A stretch of DNA of 64,000 nucleotides from Trichoplax adhaerens (taxonomy: Eukaryota; Animalia; Placozoa): assembly GCF_000150275.1 (NCBI RefSeq), contig NW_002060950.1:3264198-3328197 (forward strand). Direction: 5' to 3'. Positions 14,530 to 29,383 of the stretch are shown here, one piece after another. The first letter of the stretch is position 1. Each line of letters opens with the position of its first letter. The notes beneath the pieces were generated by a model that saw only the letters and a list, made by a program, of their open reading frames with translations, searched no databases and was not told the DNA's origin. The translations under genes and the position numbers were made by a program.

Positions 14530-15342
14530 TGTAATGTGATACATTTACTAGCCAAAAAGATTTTGTGATTACGTTCGTAATTTAGATAAGATTATTCTTA
14601 TAAATAAGTTTATCTTTTTATCTAATTACATCATTAAGGTGTGTCAGGTATTTCTTTGCTAAGGTAAGCGGTTATTTATGAGTGTATTTATTTGGTTTAA
14701 ATCTATTGATTTTAAAGGAGAACGGTAAGTAGTGAGTTGCCGAGTAAATCTTTTTCTAGATTATAGTACAGCACCACGTTTTTACTGGTTATGAGCCTTT
14801 AAAAGGTAGTTCTTAGGCGTTACAGTAGCATTACCATATTCTTACTGGATCTTGTGATAGATTAGGGTAGTGATCTGTAGAAGCAGCTCAAAGTGCTTTA
14901 CGTTAGACTACTAAACTTGTCAGGAAGTAGTCCGTGACAGTGGCTATAAGGATGAGATGATGCTCTTTTACTCTTTCTAGTATAAGACTAGGATTCTCCA
15001 GTTAATGCCATATCTGATAGCAAAACGTAGGATTGTGTGTAGACTGTCTTCCATATAAGAGTTAAAGTATAATTATCCGGTTTATCTTAGCAAGATATTA
15101 AAATGAGGTTTTACAGTCTCGAATTAGTATGTCAGCTACAGAATAGAAGCATTTATTAGTGCCGTTTGTATAGAAGTGATTTGTGTGCAGATTTGCCTAA
15201 GTGGTGTTATCCGGTTTGTCTTAGTCGTTTCCAACTGTTCTTAAGAGGAAAAGAAATTAGAAATCTTCTCCGATAGACGGACGCATTAATAAATGTAGTT
15301 ATTCAAGGCTATTTTTTTCGGTATTGACCTTCGTGTATCACA
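14530..15342 (+). mobile_element. LTR-like segment, 5' boundary uncertain
   Basis: TGTAATGT start and AATAAA...GTATCACA end resemble family A termini; G/T-rich strand skew; no matching TSD found. Confidence 0.35.
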
Positions 15343-16862
15343 TTAGCAATTACTCAATTTTTTTAATTCAAATTCAGGTTACTTAAATGAACCTACGGCA
15401 ATAACAAGAGATTATTACTCGGTTACAACAAATATGTAAGGTATAGTTTATTCATAGTAAAAGTTAATTTCTACTGCGTTGTAATAAAACTCCATATTTT
15501 TGTGCTCCATATTTATTATTTACACCGTAGATTTCTATTTATACTTCAATCCGATTATACCATGGAAATCTTCAAACATAAAAGAAACTTTTCTAATTTC
15601 TCAATCGCGTTTGCAAATAATTTCCTCCAGGTAAGATTGTTGCATAATAATACCTATCTTAATGCATTTATCTAGTTCGCTAATTCTGCTGGTTACGTAG
15701 CAAGCTTGGACGCTTTGCCTAGTCTACTTTACAAGCTACAACCTAATATTATTTTCCTTTTCACACTCGTTAGCTGCAGCAAAGACTAATACTTCGGTTA
15801 CTTATCCTCGTATAAATTCTTGCGATTTTGTGGATAAGCAATTTTTGACAGTATCACACACAGTCAATGCGGATTCGAGCACAAATTTTGCCCTGTTAGC
15901 ACTTAAGGTTACGAAGTCAGATGCAACCAATCCAACATAAAAAAATAATATTTATTGAAGTGTTGCTATTAAGCGTGATTGTCAAGGTATTATAATTGCC
16001 ATGGCGAGAAAATTAAATTAAATTATATTAAAATATAATGACAATATAATGACAATAGACATCTTATACTAAATATTGTGATGATTGATATTTAGAATTA
16101 AAATTTAGTAAAAATAGATACGTTAAGTTAAGATATTGTGATAATTGATATTTTGTCCGAATATATAGTCCAAATGGAGAAATTATGTAAAGATATAGCG
16201 ATAATTAATTAATATTTAAAAATACTAATGTACGAATTTCTTAGACTAATCACTAAATTATAATCTGTTAGTAAATTTAAAAAAAACTACGGTATTAAAA
16301 CATACCGTAAATAGGCAAATTAGGAGAAAAAACAAAAATGATTTAATTTTTATCGACACATCTTCTATTACTCACTTTTGAAGACTTTGTTACGCCAAAC
16401 AACTAGAGAAATATTTACAAAGTATGGTACAGTTACTTGACTAGCAGCACCTAACGTTGTAGTCTCTGATGTTGTATACCATAGCTATACAATATTAGTA
16501 AAAGAACAATAAAAGTTTACAAGGTAAAAGAAGACCTCCTGTATTACTAATGTGGTTATGATATTAATATGTTCCTTGGTATGTATCACGTCGCTAGATA
16601 CGAGTAGCTATAATTTGATATGTATTATACGTAGAGTGATAATTGCAACACTATTCAAGGAGTAGTCCCATCACTAATAACTCGAGCCTTTTTTAGAAGT
16701 GCATCTTATTATAAATTAAGGTTATAATTTATTTTACTCAAGCTAAACTGCTGATTTTGGGCTTTTAACAGCATTAGATTAATACCTTGACTATAGGATG
16801 TAAGCTTATGCTATATGATTTCGTATGGAAATGATTGCTTGTAAAAATAATCGAAGTCTGTT

Positions 16863-17280
16863 TGTGAGGTTGATAGATCAAGAATCTTCAAAAAACTTTA
16901 GTAAATTAAGATTTATTGAACAAAACCTCCTTTACGAAGATACAACGTAATCAATTAGCTGAGAACCTCTAACGGGAAAGAACTAACTTACTATACTAAA
17001 CTACTCGCTTATATACCTTTCCGCGTTTACAGTCTTAGCACCTTACTTACTACACACTTCAGTATTAGCATCTCGAATACAGGCTAGTTTACACCTTTCA
17101 TGTGAAGCTCTCATGTGAGCACTGTAGCGCTCCTCTTCAAAAGGATTACAGCTACTAAGCTAGCTATATTTAATACTTAAGCTTCTAACGAGTATATCTA
17201 TCACATGTTGAACACAACACCTACGGTAGACATTACTAAATATATCATCAACTTAGAATACAATATTACACTGTCTTACA
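16863..17280 (-). mobile_element. Solo LTR (418 bp) with 5-bp TSD
   Basis: TGTGAG...CTTACA termini; perfect TSD CTGTT (16858-16862, 17281-17285); minus strand has TATATAAG followed by AATAAA. Confidence 0.82.
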
Positions 17281-17491
17281 CTGTTTTATCTTAGCCGTTT
17301 TCGATTAATTATATGAGAGGTGCAAATTGAATTCACTCTCACGGACAGGCGGAATAATAAACGTAGGTTTTAAGCTACTCTCTCGGTTGTGACGGTTTAT
17401 AGCATTTCATAAGGATTTGCTTAACTTCAATATCTCAGATTAAGAGTTAGAGGTCACGAACCTATAGTAATAGTAAAAGACTATCACTCGG

Positions 17492-18122
17492 TGTTACGAT
17501 ACACTGCTCGTTTTGATATTAATTTGTTATAGCTTGTGTAGATTAGGATTAACTTGATTAAATAATATACTGTTAATGTTGTTGTTGATCAAATGTTTAA
17601 GGTGTTAGACCGTCATGTTTGTGATAAAAGCTTAACACTTTATTAGTCTACTGTTAGCTGCTAACAATACATGTTAGTAATTAATTTTCCTTACTGAAAC
17701 CTTAGTGATATATCTTATTATGATGCATATATACTTTTAGAAGGGTGTTTTTGTTGTTTTCGCACCTGATCTTCCACGAGAACATAAAAGACCGGTGTCT
17801 GAAGATTGAGCTCTTCAGTTAGGGCGTACGTCAGTCTAGTCTAGTCTAGTTGAACATAGTTCGATAGCTAGTAGAGATAGTAGAGGTAGCTTGCTGGTTG
17901 AACTAATAATTTTAATTTGTGTAAGTTCTCTTAAGTAACAAATATAGAAATAATTCTTTTATCACCTTGTTCACTGATTGTAGTGCTACAGCTATAGTAG
18001 TATTCGGTCGTTGGGACTATTGCACGTGGTACTATAGCAAATCATGTCTCTTAGAGTTAGTAGGAGATGTTCTTTATTAGCGTTAGTGTGTGGACATACT
18101 TTGTTACTAGTGGACGGTAACA
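17492..18122. mobile_element. Solo LTR family D (631 bp) with 5-bp TSD
   Basis: TGTTAC...GTAACA inverted termini; perfect TSD CTCGG (17487-17491, 18123-18127); a homologue of its right end is inverted at 43267-43413. Confidence 0.88.
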
Positions 18123-18869
18123 CTCGGCCATCGCAAAGATTTAATATTTAAAATTAATTCTAGCCCTTTATTATTAGTAGATGCTACAAATAATAAATCC
18201 AAACAATTCTTATACATAATTAATTGAATCCTTAAGGCGAGCAACATGCCACTTGATTTTAAATTGTATTCAATAATTTTTAGGAATAGTCTACCTTTTG
18301 AATTTGATTTTTAATTTAGACTACTTAATATTTAGCAGCAATCAACTGGTCAAGTTCCATGAAAGCCCAAAAAAATAATAACGTTTTTTCCGAAAAATAC
18401 AGATTAGCGTTTTTGTTGGGAAGATCGAAGAGTTTTTGATTAGTTTTGATCATATTACTTGCTGGAGGCATATCGTTATGATTTATTTTTGTTTTTTCAT
18501 TGACCAAAAGGTGACTTCTAATTTTTCTAACGAAATGAATTGAATACTTTGACGGATCTGAAGATCTAGTCATTATTAATTACTGTATCTCAATACTAGA
18601 TTTAGTAGGTATGCTTTAGATCGGACTAGAAATCGAATTAATTGTGGATTCCGTAAGTACATATATTACTAGAACATCAACGCACATTAATATAAGTAAC
18701 TATGATTCATCTCCTCCATTTAAGATTAGATACATTCTAAACTTAGTTAAGATCAATCTACAATACAACGCCCCTAGTTAGTGACTTGTTCACCGTTTGT
18801 CTACCAGGTAATAATTACGTTCCAAAAGGTTATGTAGCAAATGATAGAGTTAATTTTAGATGTTGTCAA

Positions 18870-19360
18870 TGTCACACTATAAACTATCGTGAAAAATAGA
18901 TGGTCAAAATTTAGTGAATTTAACATTCGTATACAGTGATAGCAATTAAATACTCGCAGGAGAAATCTTTTAATTATAATTCACTACAGCAAATTATTCG
19001 TTGAGCTCAATAAGAATTTAATATAGTAACTAAGATCAATAGAGTATAGTATGGTCTTAGTAATTATAAGTTGGATTGATAGCAAATAGTTGGTTATATT
19101 TAAATGGCTTTGTGAATAGATCGACCGTAGTCTAACTGTCTGAAAAGTTACTGAGTAAATGTCTACTTCCACGAATGCTATCGTATTAGTTCAGCTGCTG
19201 AACTAAGAGCAATTGTTAGAATGTTTGAACGACTGTGATCACTTATAGTATCGATTCTGGTAGATTGACAAATAAATTAATTCTCTAGTATCGTAACGTT
19301 AAAGAAACGGCGTCTGAATTTCTATAAATTGTTATAGGATACTAGTTCCCAGAAACTCCG
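18870..19360 (+). mobile_element. Diverged family E-like LTR, 3' end unresolved
   Basis: Starts TGTCACACTATAAACTATCGTGAAAAATAG (compare 32150 TGTCACGGTACGAACTATCGTGAAGAAATAG) and contains AACGTT...GGCGTCTGAATTT...GGATACT. Confidence 0.65.
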
Positions 19361-22300
19361 GAAGCAAAGATCACGACTCTTATTCCGATAAAGATTCATG
19401 AAAGCTAGAGTATCCAAGCGAAATTAAAGACGCTTTACACAGATCAAATGAGATTAATTAAGGTTCTGTAGACGGTAGTGATAAGAATAAGTTGTAATGC
19501 ATGAGCAGTAACGGCTAAATTAAAATATATCACAAAATTGGGTAATATTTGTAAAATTGAGGCTTTGGTAACGAGTCAGAGCGACACACCGCATGCCAAA
19601 ATCTTACATTAAGTTACGTAAAAGTGTTTATGTAAGGTAAGAACTCTGTTATCCTTAAGATTTAGACCTTTCCTTAGAGTTTAGTGTTGAATGGCAGAAG
19701 CGAGTATTGACAAGCATCGAAAATGGGCTAAACATGATTTCAGTTGTTTATTAGTCTCCTATAATATCGGATTTCTTGTTGTACATCAAATTAGTTTTAT
19801 GTTGCTGGCTATGCAAATTTTAATAAGTTTTTGCTTTTCCTATCGTCTCTTAATTGCCTCCGATAACTAATAAAGACGACACTTTCCAGCAAGGATATAA
19901 ATCCACTCTAAATTTAATGCTATCAGACATAATTCAAAGTCGGCTACAGTATTTCCATCAAGATCGACTTTTAAAGCATTCCACGTTTGCTTTCAATACT
20001 ATTACGGTATTTTATTCCATTAGATATTTTAAATTAATTGCTTTTACTATGCATTAAATTAATTTCACTGCAATGATAATTAATTTTTAATTAAATAATC
20101 ATGTTCAGGTCTAAAATTCAAAATAAAGTTTGTTTACTAGGCTTAAACAAAATAATGACGAAACAGCTGCATTTTATTGATATAATAGTGAATATCGCTA
20201 TAACAACGATATTTAAAAAGACAAGACTTTTACTTTTAAATATCTTCAATAGAAACCTTATCAATTATCAATCCAACAAAGATCTTATCATTAATCGAAA
20301 GCAGTTTCGTAATTTTATTAAAAACAGTGTACGTTACAATATGAACGCTTTACGGGTTGCGTTCGTAGGCAAGAAATAAAGCGCAGTAATAGTAATGTTT
20401 GATTAAGATCGAGCCACTAATGTATCATACCTTATAACCAGATTATTGAATCTAATCTCTTATAAATTATTTACTTGCGTATGAATAGAGCATTCAAATT
20501 TCATTACTACTTCGTTTGCTATGTGCACAAATATGCAATGGCAAATTAGCAGCAAAGTAAACCTAAATTTTTGCCACTTGAAAGGCAATTAAACCATCTT
20601 GCCAAATATATGTGCTGACGCCTGATTTACATTACACTTTACAAATTTGAGCAATTTATAATGATAGCTCAAGGAATCTTGAGTTTATGTCTAGGTAGAT
20701 GGATATTGTTTATTATAGCTAAAGAGAGTTTAAGATTTATTTAAATGAATTTCATTACGTGAGAATAAAGTTAGGATTTTTACGTATAAATTCAGATTTC
20801 AGCTTGAATTTTACTATGAACTTTCGAAATATAATTTATTATAACTACAGATTGTCAGCTATTTTTACCGTAGTTTCAGACAATAGACATAGAATTTTCA
20901 TTCATTTTAACGATTGTTAATCATTATATTGAAAACTAATCTTTAATTTTTTCCAATTAACTTGATTTCAGTGTAACCTAGCAATACAAATATTATCGAA
21001 TCTAAGACAGATTTAAATGTAGAAAGCATAACAGATATAGACATTGTTTTAAATTTCGATAATGACTTATAAAATAAAGTTTGACGTCAAAAATAGCTGA
21101 TGCTAAATTAAAAGCATTAATAACTACCGTTTATTTCGTGTTCCTAGATTATTATTAGGCATAGAGAGCACTGAAATATAGGGATAAGAATGGTATAGCA
21201 AGAATAGAAATTCAAACTTCAATTTTAAATATAGTACAATAGTAAAATGAAGTAAAATATCTGAACAATAATTATTCCTCGGCTTAATTTTACAAATTCT
21301 GTGTTGGTATCCAATTACAAATTTAGCTTCCTAATTCAAACTATACTTAAAAGAAATTTAAATTCTACTCCTTGATATGAATAATTGGAGATGGTTCACG
21401 GGATATAAAATTTTTTACAAAAGTTTAGGAGATACAATTTGATACGACAACTCCTGTTTACTTACTAATGAGATGTTTCAGCTTAGTATACTACTTATTA
21501 TACTAAAAAGGAGCATTGCATCGCACAAGAACAGAATTAATAATTTCTGAAAGCGCTTCAAACGGTGACGCATTATTTGCAAAGCCATTACTATAACATT
21601 TTGCAATGTGTCATGGCTGCGATAATAACTTGTATTCATGACAACTACTGACAAGTTATAATTTTTTGGATTTATGATACGATTTAGTCTCGTTATATGT
21701 CATGTTATTTAATAACAAATAATGACTTTTACTTATAATTATTGAAATTATTGTTTGGCTCATACTAGAAACGAAAATCAAGTAATTTCGCTAATTTCTA
21801 TACAATTAATACTTACAATTTATCAGACTGGAGCTAAGATATATTAATACAAGATATTAATCTTCAACCAAAATTCAATTTAAGAAAAAACTTCTAATTC
21901 TACAATAATTCGACAACTTAGTTTAAATTTTATTCATGCAAAATTTTCTATTAATATTGTCATCTTGCTTGTTTACTACAATCAATTACCTCTATATCGT
22001 TTAAAGCTTCATTTAACATGAAAGCTAACGTCAATATTCAATTCAGAATATATCATCCATTGAGTCATCTAATTCAATATCAAGCGTCAAGGCAGAAACT
22101 TTATTTTCAATAGTAGAAAATATTAAGAACAGATTAAATCTTTTAGCTATTATTTAAAATTTTATGGCACTGTTTGCTTTTGAATTGGTGGGAGGACACA
22201 AATTTATTAGCAATAAATGTACTAGACATTTGTTGTTTTTAATTGAGACAAAATCTGATTCTTTGATATCATAAATTAATCCAACTGAAGACAAAACTCT

Positions 22301-22495
22301 CGGGTTGATTTGTACAATATCATATTGATACTGTATTCGTTTTTCATCCATATAAAAAGCATCATTAAGTTGTATTATGTGCAGTTCAAGAAAGTCAACC
22401 AAAACTTAAGGAAATTTAAAGATTTTTCAACGTATGATAGTTACGGAATTTAACAACGAAAAGTAATATCTCTCTAAGTTTAAATTTGGATCATT

Positions 22496-23593
22496 ATGAA
22501 TATCACATTATGTACTAGCAGCCTCTGTAGAAACGCTTCTAGCAATCTTGCTTCACCATTAGGATTCTCAACTGCGACTACTTTAATGATCGGTGGTTCA
22601 ATTGGAATTATTCCCAACATTATTATCATAGCTGGTATCTACCTAAAATCATCATTGCATAAACCCACTTATTATTTAATTGCTAACTTAGCTGCAAGCG
22701 ATATTATGCTCGGAATAGGAACAATATTAAATGTCATATTAGCATTAATCGATTATCAAATTGGAATATCTAGAAAGATTCATTTATTATTATGTAAAAT
22801 AATCGTTATCCTACCAAATACTTGGTCTTATACTGCTTCTATACAAACCTTAGTTATAATTAGCGCCGAACGATATCAAGCTATATTTCGTCCGACCAAA
22901 GTATTAACAACCAGAAGAGTAAAATGGTTATGCCTCATAGCATGGGGAATATCATTAATAGTTTCAATTCCTCCTGCTATCGATGCATCAATCAGAAGAC
23001 CAAAATTGCGATTTTGTATTAATAATGGAAAATACACTTATTGGACAACGGTGATTAACCTTGTCTTATTTATTTTCCAGTTTGCCCTTCCAGCTGTCGT
23101 TATGACTGTACTATATTCATTAATACTTCGCCAATTGAGTAGAGGAAGCATCGTTGGACAAATTGAATCAAGAAAAAGTAAAAAGCTTAAACGTAGAACT
23201 ATCTATATGCTATTAATAACAACATTTACGTTTCTAGCATTAGCAACACCTTGGGCACTAACTTTAGCAATTGTAGCAATTACAGGCAAAATAACCTCAC
23301 AAATCATTTCAAGCACAAATAATCCAACAATTCGATCGATAATTCGCCTCAGTATATTAATGCTTCCCTTCACAACATTGTATAATCCTGTGATATATTG
23401 TATATTTAATAACCAAATTCGGCAGTTATTCATTCCAACTTGTAAATTATTTGCCAGAAGTAAATACTTTGCTGTTCTTCCAGTAGCACAGCAAGACTCT
23501 AACAATATGAATAATAAAGATTCAACACCAGTAGTGCTAACAGCTCATTCCCAATCATTATCCAAGCAAGATACTTTAGCAACAATTCCGTGA
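22496..23593 (+). CDS. Intronless class A GPCR, orphan, 365 aa
   Basis: GIIPN, KPTYYLIANLAASD, LCK..WSYTASIQTLVIISAERY, FQFALP, FLALATPW, YNPVIYCIFN. Confidence 0.96.
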   Translation: MNITLCTSSLCRNASSNLASPLGFSTATTLMIGGSIGIIPNIIIIAGIYLKSSLHKPTYYLIANLAASDIMLGIGTILNVILALIDYQIGISRKIHLLLCKIIVILPNTWSYTASIQTLVIISAERYQAIFRPTKVLTTRRVKWLCLIAWGISLIVSIPPAIDASIRRPKLRFCINNGKYTYWTTVINLVLFIFQFALPAVVMTVLYSLILRQLSRGSIVGQIESRKSKKLKRRTIYMLLITTFTFLALATPWALTLAIVAITGKITSQIISSTNNPTIRSIIRLSILMLPFTTLYNPVIYCIFNNQIRQLFIPTCKLFARSKYFAVLPVAQQDSNNMNNKDSTPVVLTAHSQSLSKQDTLATIP

Positions 23594-24575
23594 TATATAG
23601 ATCGAAATTTCGTCTTTCATATTTTTGATCTATTACCTAGCACTGAGTAAAAATTAAGTGCCACGGTATCGCGTTTACAATTTTGCAATGTATCACTTGA
23701 TCTAAAAAATTCTATGTCTGTATTCTTGTCACTATTATGAATGCGCGATTCATAAGTATCAACATCTACAAAACTAAGGCCGGCGTTTAAGTGTTTAGTT
23801 TAACACAGAATACCCATTGATAATGTTCGCTGTATAAATGCTATAATTGGACTTGTTACAAAAATTGACGATAATTAATTTCAGTAGTTATACCTTCCTA
23901 TAACATGTATTTCCTTTACTTACCCTACTTTTACTATCAATTATGTGAATAGCATTTCTGTCATATATAAAATGTATTTAACTTTAGCAATGAGAAAACA
24001 CTGTATTACAAGCAGCCTTGAAAGATACAGCAAGAGCAGATTATTAATCATTTAGAATTTAACTGAGGTATTTATTTTATCTATCATTTAAATTTTAAAG
24101 TGACAAATAAGTAGTTTCAGCTTTAGTTATTATCTTTACATACTGTTCTTAATTTATTCATGTGCTAAAAATGAACCATTTTAGTGAAATAAAATTCTCA
24201 TTTTGTTTGTTTGAGCGAATGCGATATAGCCCTACATGCGCTCTGCTATTGGTGCTAAGAATGGATTGTATTAAGTTAATATTATAGTTATCCTCTAATA
24301 GCTTCAAATTTTACACTTGTTTATTTGTCCGAGATATCTTAACATTTAGGATTGAAATCGCTCTTAAGCTACAAAAATAACCTAAATCATTGATATTTAT
24401 TAACTATCACTTCCATTAAAGAAACAAAAATAAACACTGAAAGGTGATTTAAATAATTACTATCACCCATTGATTGTCTACATAATAATTGCAGATAGGA
24501 AAAAATTTGACACCAAAGAAGATATAGCAATCAGTAGCTTTATCTTCCTATTATTTTGGATTTATTATTAATCAT

Positions 24576-25198
24576 TGTCACAAAACAGCTTTGCAATAAG
24601 ATAACGTAATGTACGATCAATAAGTCAATTCCTTGAACCACGTATCAAGGAACGATATCTGCACTATCACGAACACTTTTGCTCTACTAGCAGACTACAC
24701 AAAGACTTAGACGCCTCGTATTTTACGTTAAACACTAAGTTTGAGAATTCACTTTATTTCACGATATACTGCATTTATATACTATTCCTCAATAGTTTAT
24801 GAGTCATACAATTAACATTAGAATCATTTACTGAATTAGATATTAATTTTAGCTACTGCTCCCTTAATGCAGACAACAGTATTTACGAATATAGACATGT
24901 AATGACTAATACAGAATAGTCAGATTACGATATGTCCTATCACGGAACATTTCCATGATAATTTACAATCTACCATAAGTAAATTACAATCACAATGATT
25001 CGAACTGTAAGTAGATGATTTGCATTCCCTATTATAACTATTAATTTCAGTATGAGTATAAGTGTCACTGTCATAAAAAGTCAGTGCTATATTAAAACAC
25101 AGTATATCCAAAATAGAAGTTAACTAAATAAGAATAAGCTAACAGAATTATCATAACATAGATATTTCTACTCTAATACAGTATATAACACTGTTATA
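24576..25198 (-). mobile_element. Solo LTR family B (623 bp) with 5-bp TSD
   Basis: TGTCAC...TGTTATA termini; perfect TSD ATCAT (24571-24575, 25199-25203); closely similar copy at 42601-43231; minus strand has TATAAAT followed by AATAAA. Confidence 0.9.
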
Positions 25199-27114
25199 AT
25201 CATTTAAAAGAATTGAATACCGGCCTTTTTACTAAATCTGAAGATTTGACGCTAATAGTAGTTACTAAGTTTGGGACGCAGCTGGCTTGATATTTATCTA
25301 CATTTCTACCAGATCTTGATCGACGCTCTAATTTCTTCATATTTTGTTTAAGGGGAAAGAGATGTCTGTATAGAGGAAATAATAATGGCTGACTTCTAGC
25401 TGAAAGCTGCGGATACTAAATTGAATGAAATTTTTGTTAACTTTAATTCTAAGATTTAGATAAGTCATGTCACTTTACGTAGTAGTTTCTTCTAAATACA
25501 CAATATTTAATGTTATAAATTCAGAGAAATTACATCAGTTACGGTTCTAACAGTATTGATAGCATAATCTTAGAACACAGATAAGTTAAAAATTTTCAAT
25601 ATTTCGCCAAAATTTTTAGTTGTTCACCGCATTTGAGTTTCTATAACAGGACATTGAAATTCAAGATGAAATCAGTCCCTAAAGCCTTTTTTGCCCTTGA
25701 CGGATTTTTATTGTAACTTATACATGATTATAAAAATTACAAATCATGTCAAAATCGCATTAAACATTCGATAGTCTTCATTGAAGCCGCGTTCACTTGC
25801 ATCTGCCAACAATATCAAAATAGATGAATCGCCGATATTAAAGTGGAAATAATAAACAGATTATATAGTAACATAATTTAGAATTACATCCATCATTGTT
25901 CTAATAATTCTACATAAACGACAAAATTTGACTGACTACCGCATCATGCGATAGGATAAGACAAAAGCAACCACGAATATGATTGTCAACGCGAAGTGAT
26001 TATAAATGCTTTACGAAATTAGCATCTATAATTAATCCCGATGAAGATCTAATTGCAATACAAAGCAAAAGTACCAAAATCGAGACCTGTCGTAAGATTC
26101 TAAGGTATGTAAGCAATATCTCTGAAATTTGCTTTGATTGATATATTATTAAAAGAGCTATAATTTAATATTGAAAAATTATGGAATGGAAGTTTGCATG
26201 GCTGCAATATTCTCAAGATTTTGTCAAAAGTTAAGCATCAATTAATTTCAATTTAAGCAGAAGATTTTGAATTTAAATGCAAGAATTTTTAATTATTCTA
26301 ATAACTGTAGAAGCATTGACGACAAAATAATTTATATCGAAACGAAGTAAGACTGCCTGTGTTAGCCATAGCTCATTTATACTGTACAAGATTACTTTAA
26401 TTTATGCGAAAAAATTTATCGATTATAAATTTTTTTCGCCATTTCATTCAATTCTTTTTATGTACTTGATTCATTCCAAGCCTATTTTTATTTATAAATA
26501 GGAAAATGATGTAAAACCCTTTCTTATAGCAAGTAACGAATTTACTATAAGAACGAATTTGGCCATAAAATGTTGACAACTATTAGCGATACTTAGCGTA
26601 ACTATTGCATGTCATGTCATGTCATTAAACAAAATTATAAATGCGGAACAATCTCAGATGGCAAAAATCTGAAATATACGATGAAAAAATTTCCTTAGCC
26701 TCTACTAACCTGCTAAGGTATCTAATGTTTAATTCTAAGTTTATTATGGTCTAGGCTAATAACCATTATGTCAGCATACCACAATGGCAAAAGAAAGCAC
26801 CATTAACACGTAGCTTCTTCTGAATTAAAGAAGCTTCCATACAAATCGATTATTTCCTGTTTACAGATTGTCAATTACTAATAATAATTTAACGGTTAAA
26901 TATGATTTAAAGTTCTGAAAACTTCAAAATCAGTCTCGATGCGTAGTTAATATACTTATTTTCTAGGATATTTTATATGGAGAAGCTGAGTTTTCCACGA
27001 GGGATCGTCGTTTTCATATTATATGTCCAAAGCAATTTCGTTCCTTCAACACAAATGTATTCATTTTAGTCAATTTAGATCATAGTAAAGGTATATTGAC
27101 TTCTAATATCGCTA

Positions 27115-28485
27115 TGTAATTAAATGAAAAGTGTAGAAACCAAGCTACTAAACTTCTAACAAACTTTGATTCTGTTTTCTTTGCACTCCGGTCGACTTAA
27201 CAAAACTTTGACAACAAATAAAATTGGAGAAACAACCGATCAACAATTTATTATGAAAAAGTGAGAGAGTCAGATCAAACAATTTCCAAAGACTTAAATT
27301 TAAGTATTATAAGTATACAAATAAAAAACAACGAAAAAACTGAAACTGTCAACAACCAAACAACCTAGCAAAATCAACAACGCTTTAACTTACAACAGTT
27401 CGACTCCTATGGCTTTTAAAATTTAACAAGCTCTTCAAAAAAAATCTTCTTTTGCTCTCTAATTTAAATTTTCAGATTGCACTATTATTTAAAGGCTTCG
27501 CAGAGAGCCCTCAGTGATACTTAAAATTAAATATTTATCAACCAATCACTTTTAAGATCCATTTTAGAAAATTACTTTGCATCACCTAAGAAAACAAAAA
27601 TCATTCAAAGCTTAGACACAAATTACCTCATGATTCACTTACAAAACACCATAAACCCATCAAACTAACAATAAAATACTTCAAGCTTCACTTCTAAATA
27701 AATTTTCAATCATTATACGTTACAATAGTCTAAAATTAACCTTAAACATCAAGATTTAGTCATAAAAATAACGGTCTAACTACTTAACAATCGCACAATC
27801 AACACAACCTCTACTATTTGCAATCTTATCTTCTTTCTTCTCAACTAAACTTCCCTAATGTAGCTTTCATGTCACTTCATAAAATTTCAAAGTTTCAAAT
27901 TCACAACAAAAAGTTCAAATTTCAAAAGTCAACTCCTATAATATTTTTCAAAAATTAAAATTCAAACATTAAAAAAAATTAAAATTAAAATTATATCGGA
28001 CATAAATCCGACCGAATCCGGAATCCAAATCCTAAAAATTCGAATTTTATAAAGATCACAGCAAATCGCTTATCAAAAAATTTTATATAACAACTATGAC
28101 CACTTTTTTGACATTGGTGTTGACAGTTGATGTTTTAGCGTGAAGTTATACGGTAACTGTACGATTATAGCCAACATTACAGTACTTTACTGTCATGTTA
28201 TAAATACCCTTCCTCTACGGATAGGGTTTTGTTACTAAGTCGAATTCGTTTATAATCTCAATATATTATCAAAGGCCCTTTCTGTAGACTAGGCGATTGC
28301 TTTTAAGTTATTCCTATAGTAATCTTTATAATACCTTGTAAATTAATGGAGAAGAAAAGATGGTGACATAAAGATTTGGCAGGGTAAATCTAAAATATAC
28401 TACCTTTTTCTAGGTATTTTCTGTAATAAATTAAAATAGTTACATACTAAATGCTATAAACGACTGCTTTTAGTCCTTTATTATA
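27115..28485 (-). mobile_element. Long solo LTR family C (~1.37 kb) with 4-bp TSD (Gypsy-like by TSD length)
   Basis: Reverse-complement homologue of 42095-44282 and 62162-62397; ends TGTAAT...TTTATTATA; TSD GCTA (27111-27114, 28486-28489); strong strand skew. Confidence 0.85.
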
Positions 28486-28619
28486 GCTACATGTATAATT
28501 TCCTTAACGTACTAACTAAGTATTAAGTACAGGCAATAATATTAGTATATCGAACTTGACGAAGTTCTAATTCTGAAATTCAGCTTTAAATCATAATTAA
28601 AATAACCGGATTACTTACT

Positions 28620-29367
28620 GCTAGTACGTTAGCGAAGTCATCGGAATTTTAACAAGCATTATCATGATATGGGATATCTACCGTAAGAAATCCTTGCATA
28701 AATCGATCTAATACCTTATTGATAATTTCGCTCTCTGCAATATTCTTCTGAGCATAACAATTATAAACAATCCAGCTTTGACAATTGCTGTCCAAAGCAA
28801 TTAACCTTCCAATATTCACAAAATATTGTGCAAAATTTTCACTATATTTCTAAGAACTTGGGCTTGCTCAGCTTCTATTCAAGCCTCATTATTGTCAGTC
28901 TCAAGCGACATCACACCATCTTCAGACCTGCTAAACTGTTAAGCAACAGAAAAGGCAAAGCAACTACGTATTTTTCTTTGGTCAATCTTACTTATCATAT
29001 CGTTTCCGTTTATTATAACTTCGACGAATCTGAATAAACCTCCACATTTATGCATTGGATTTCAACTTATGATGCATGGACAATCATCACTAGTAATTTA
29101 CTCTTCATTTTTCAATTTGCTATTCCAAGCGAGAAAATGATTATGCTATATTCCTTGATACTATTCAAATTAAGTAGGAAAGCTATGGTTGGACAAATTC
29201 AATCTAAAAGAATTTTCAGCTCAAGCGTCAAGCGATCTATATGCTATCGTTGACAACGTCTCCTTCATTAGCTTTTTTGCACCATGGGTGATATCGAATG
29301 CTTTCGCCTTAATATCAGGAAAAGTGCTGATTAAATCATGACGAAATTCAGGAAGTTCATTTATCCA
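28620..29367 (+). pseudogene. Degraded, 3'-truncated class A GPCR pseudogene
   Basis: Reads VIGILTSIIMIWDIYRKKSLHKSI*YLIDNFALCNILL (TM1-TM2), SLKRHHTIFRPAKLL (ERY region), LFIFQFAIPSEKMIMLYSLIL (TM5) and APW (TM6), with stops and frameshifts. TM7 is missing, replaced by LTR sequence. Confidence 0.88.
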
Positions 29368-29383
29368 AGCTGTCTTGTATGAG

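Noticed and set aside
18325-22402. Short intergenic ORFs (18325, 18984, 19854, 20101, 22154)
   Set aside because: Under 100 aa, AT-driven composition, no recognisable domain or GPCR motif.
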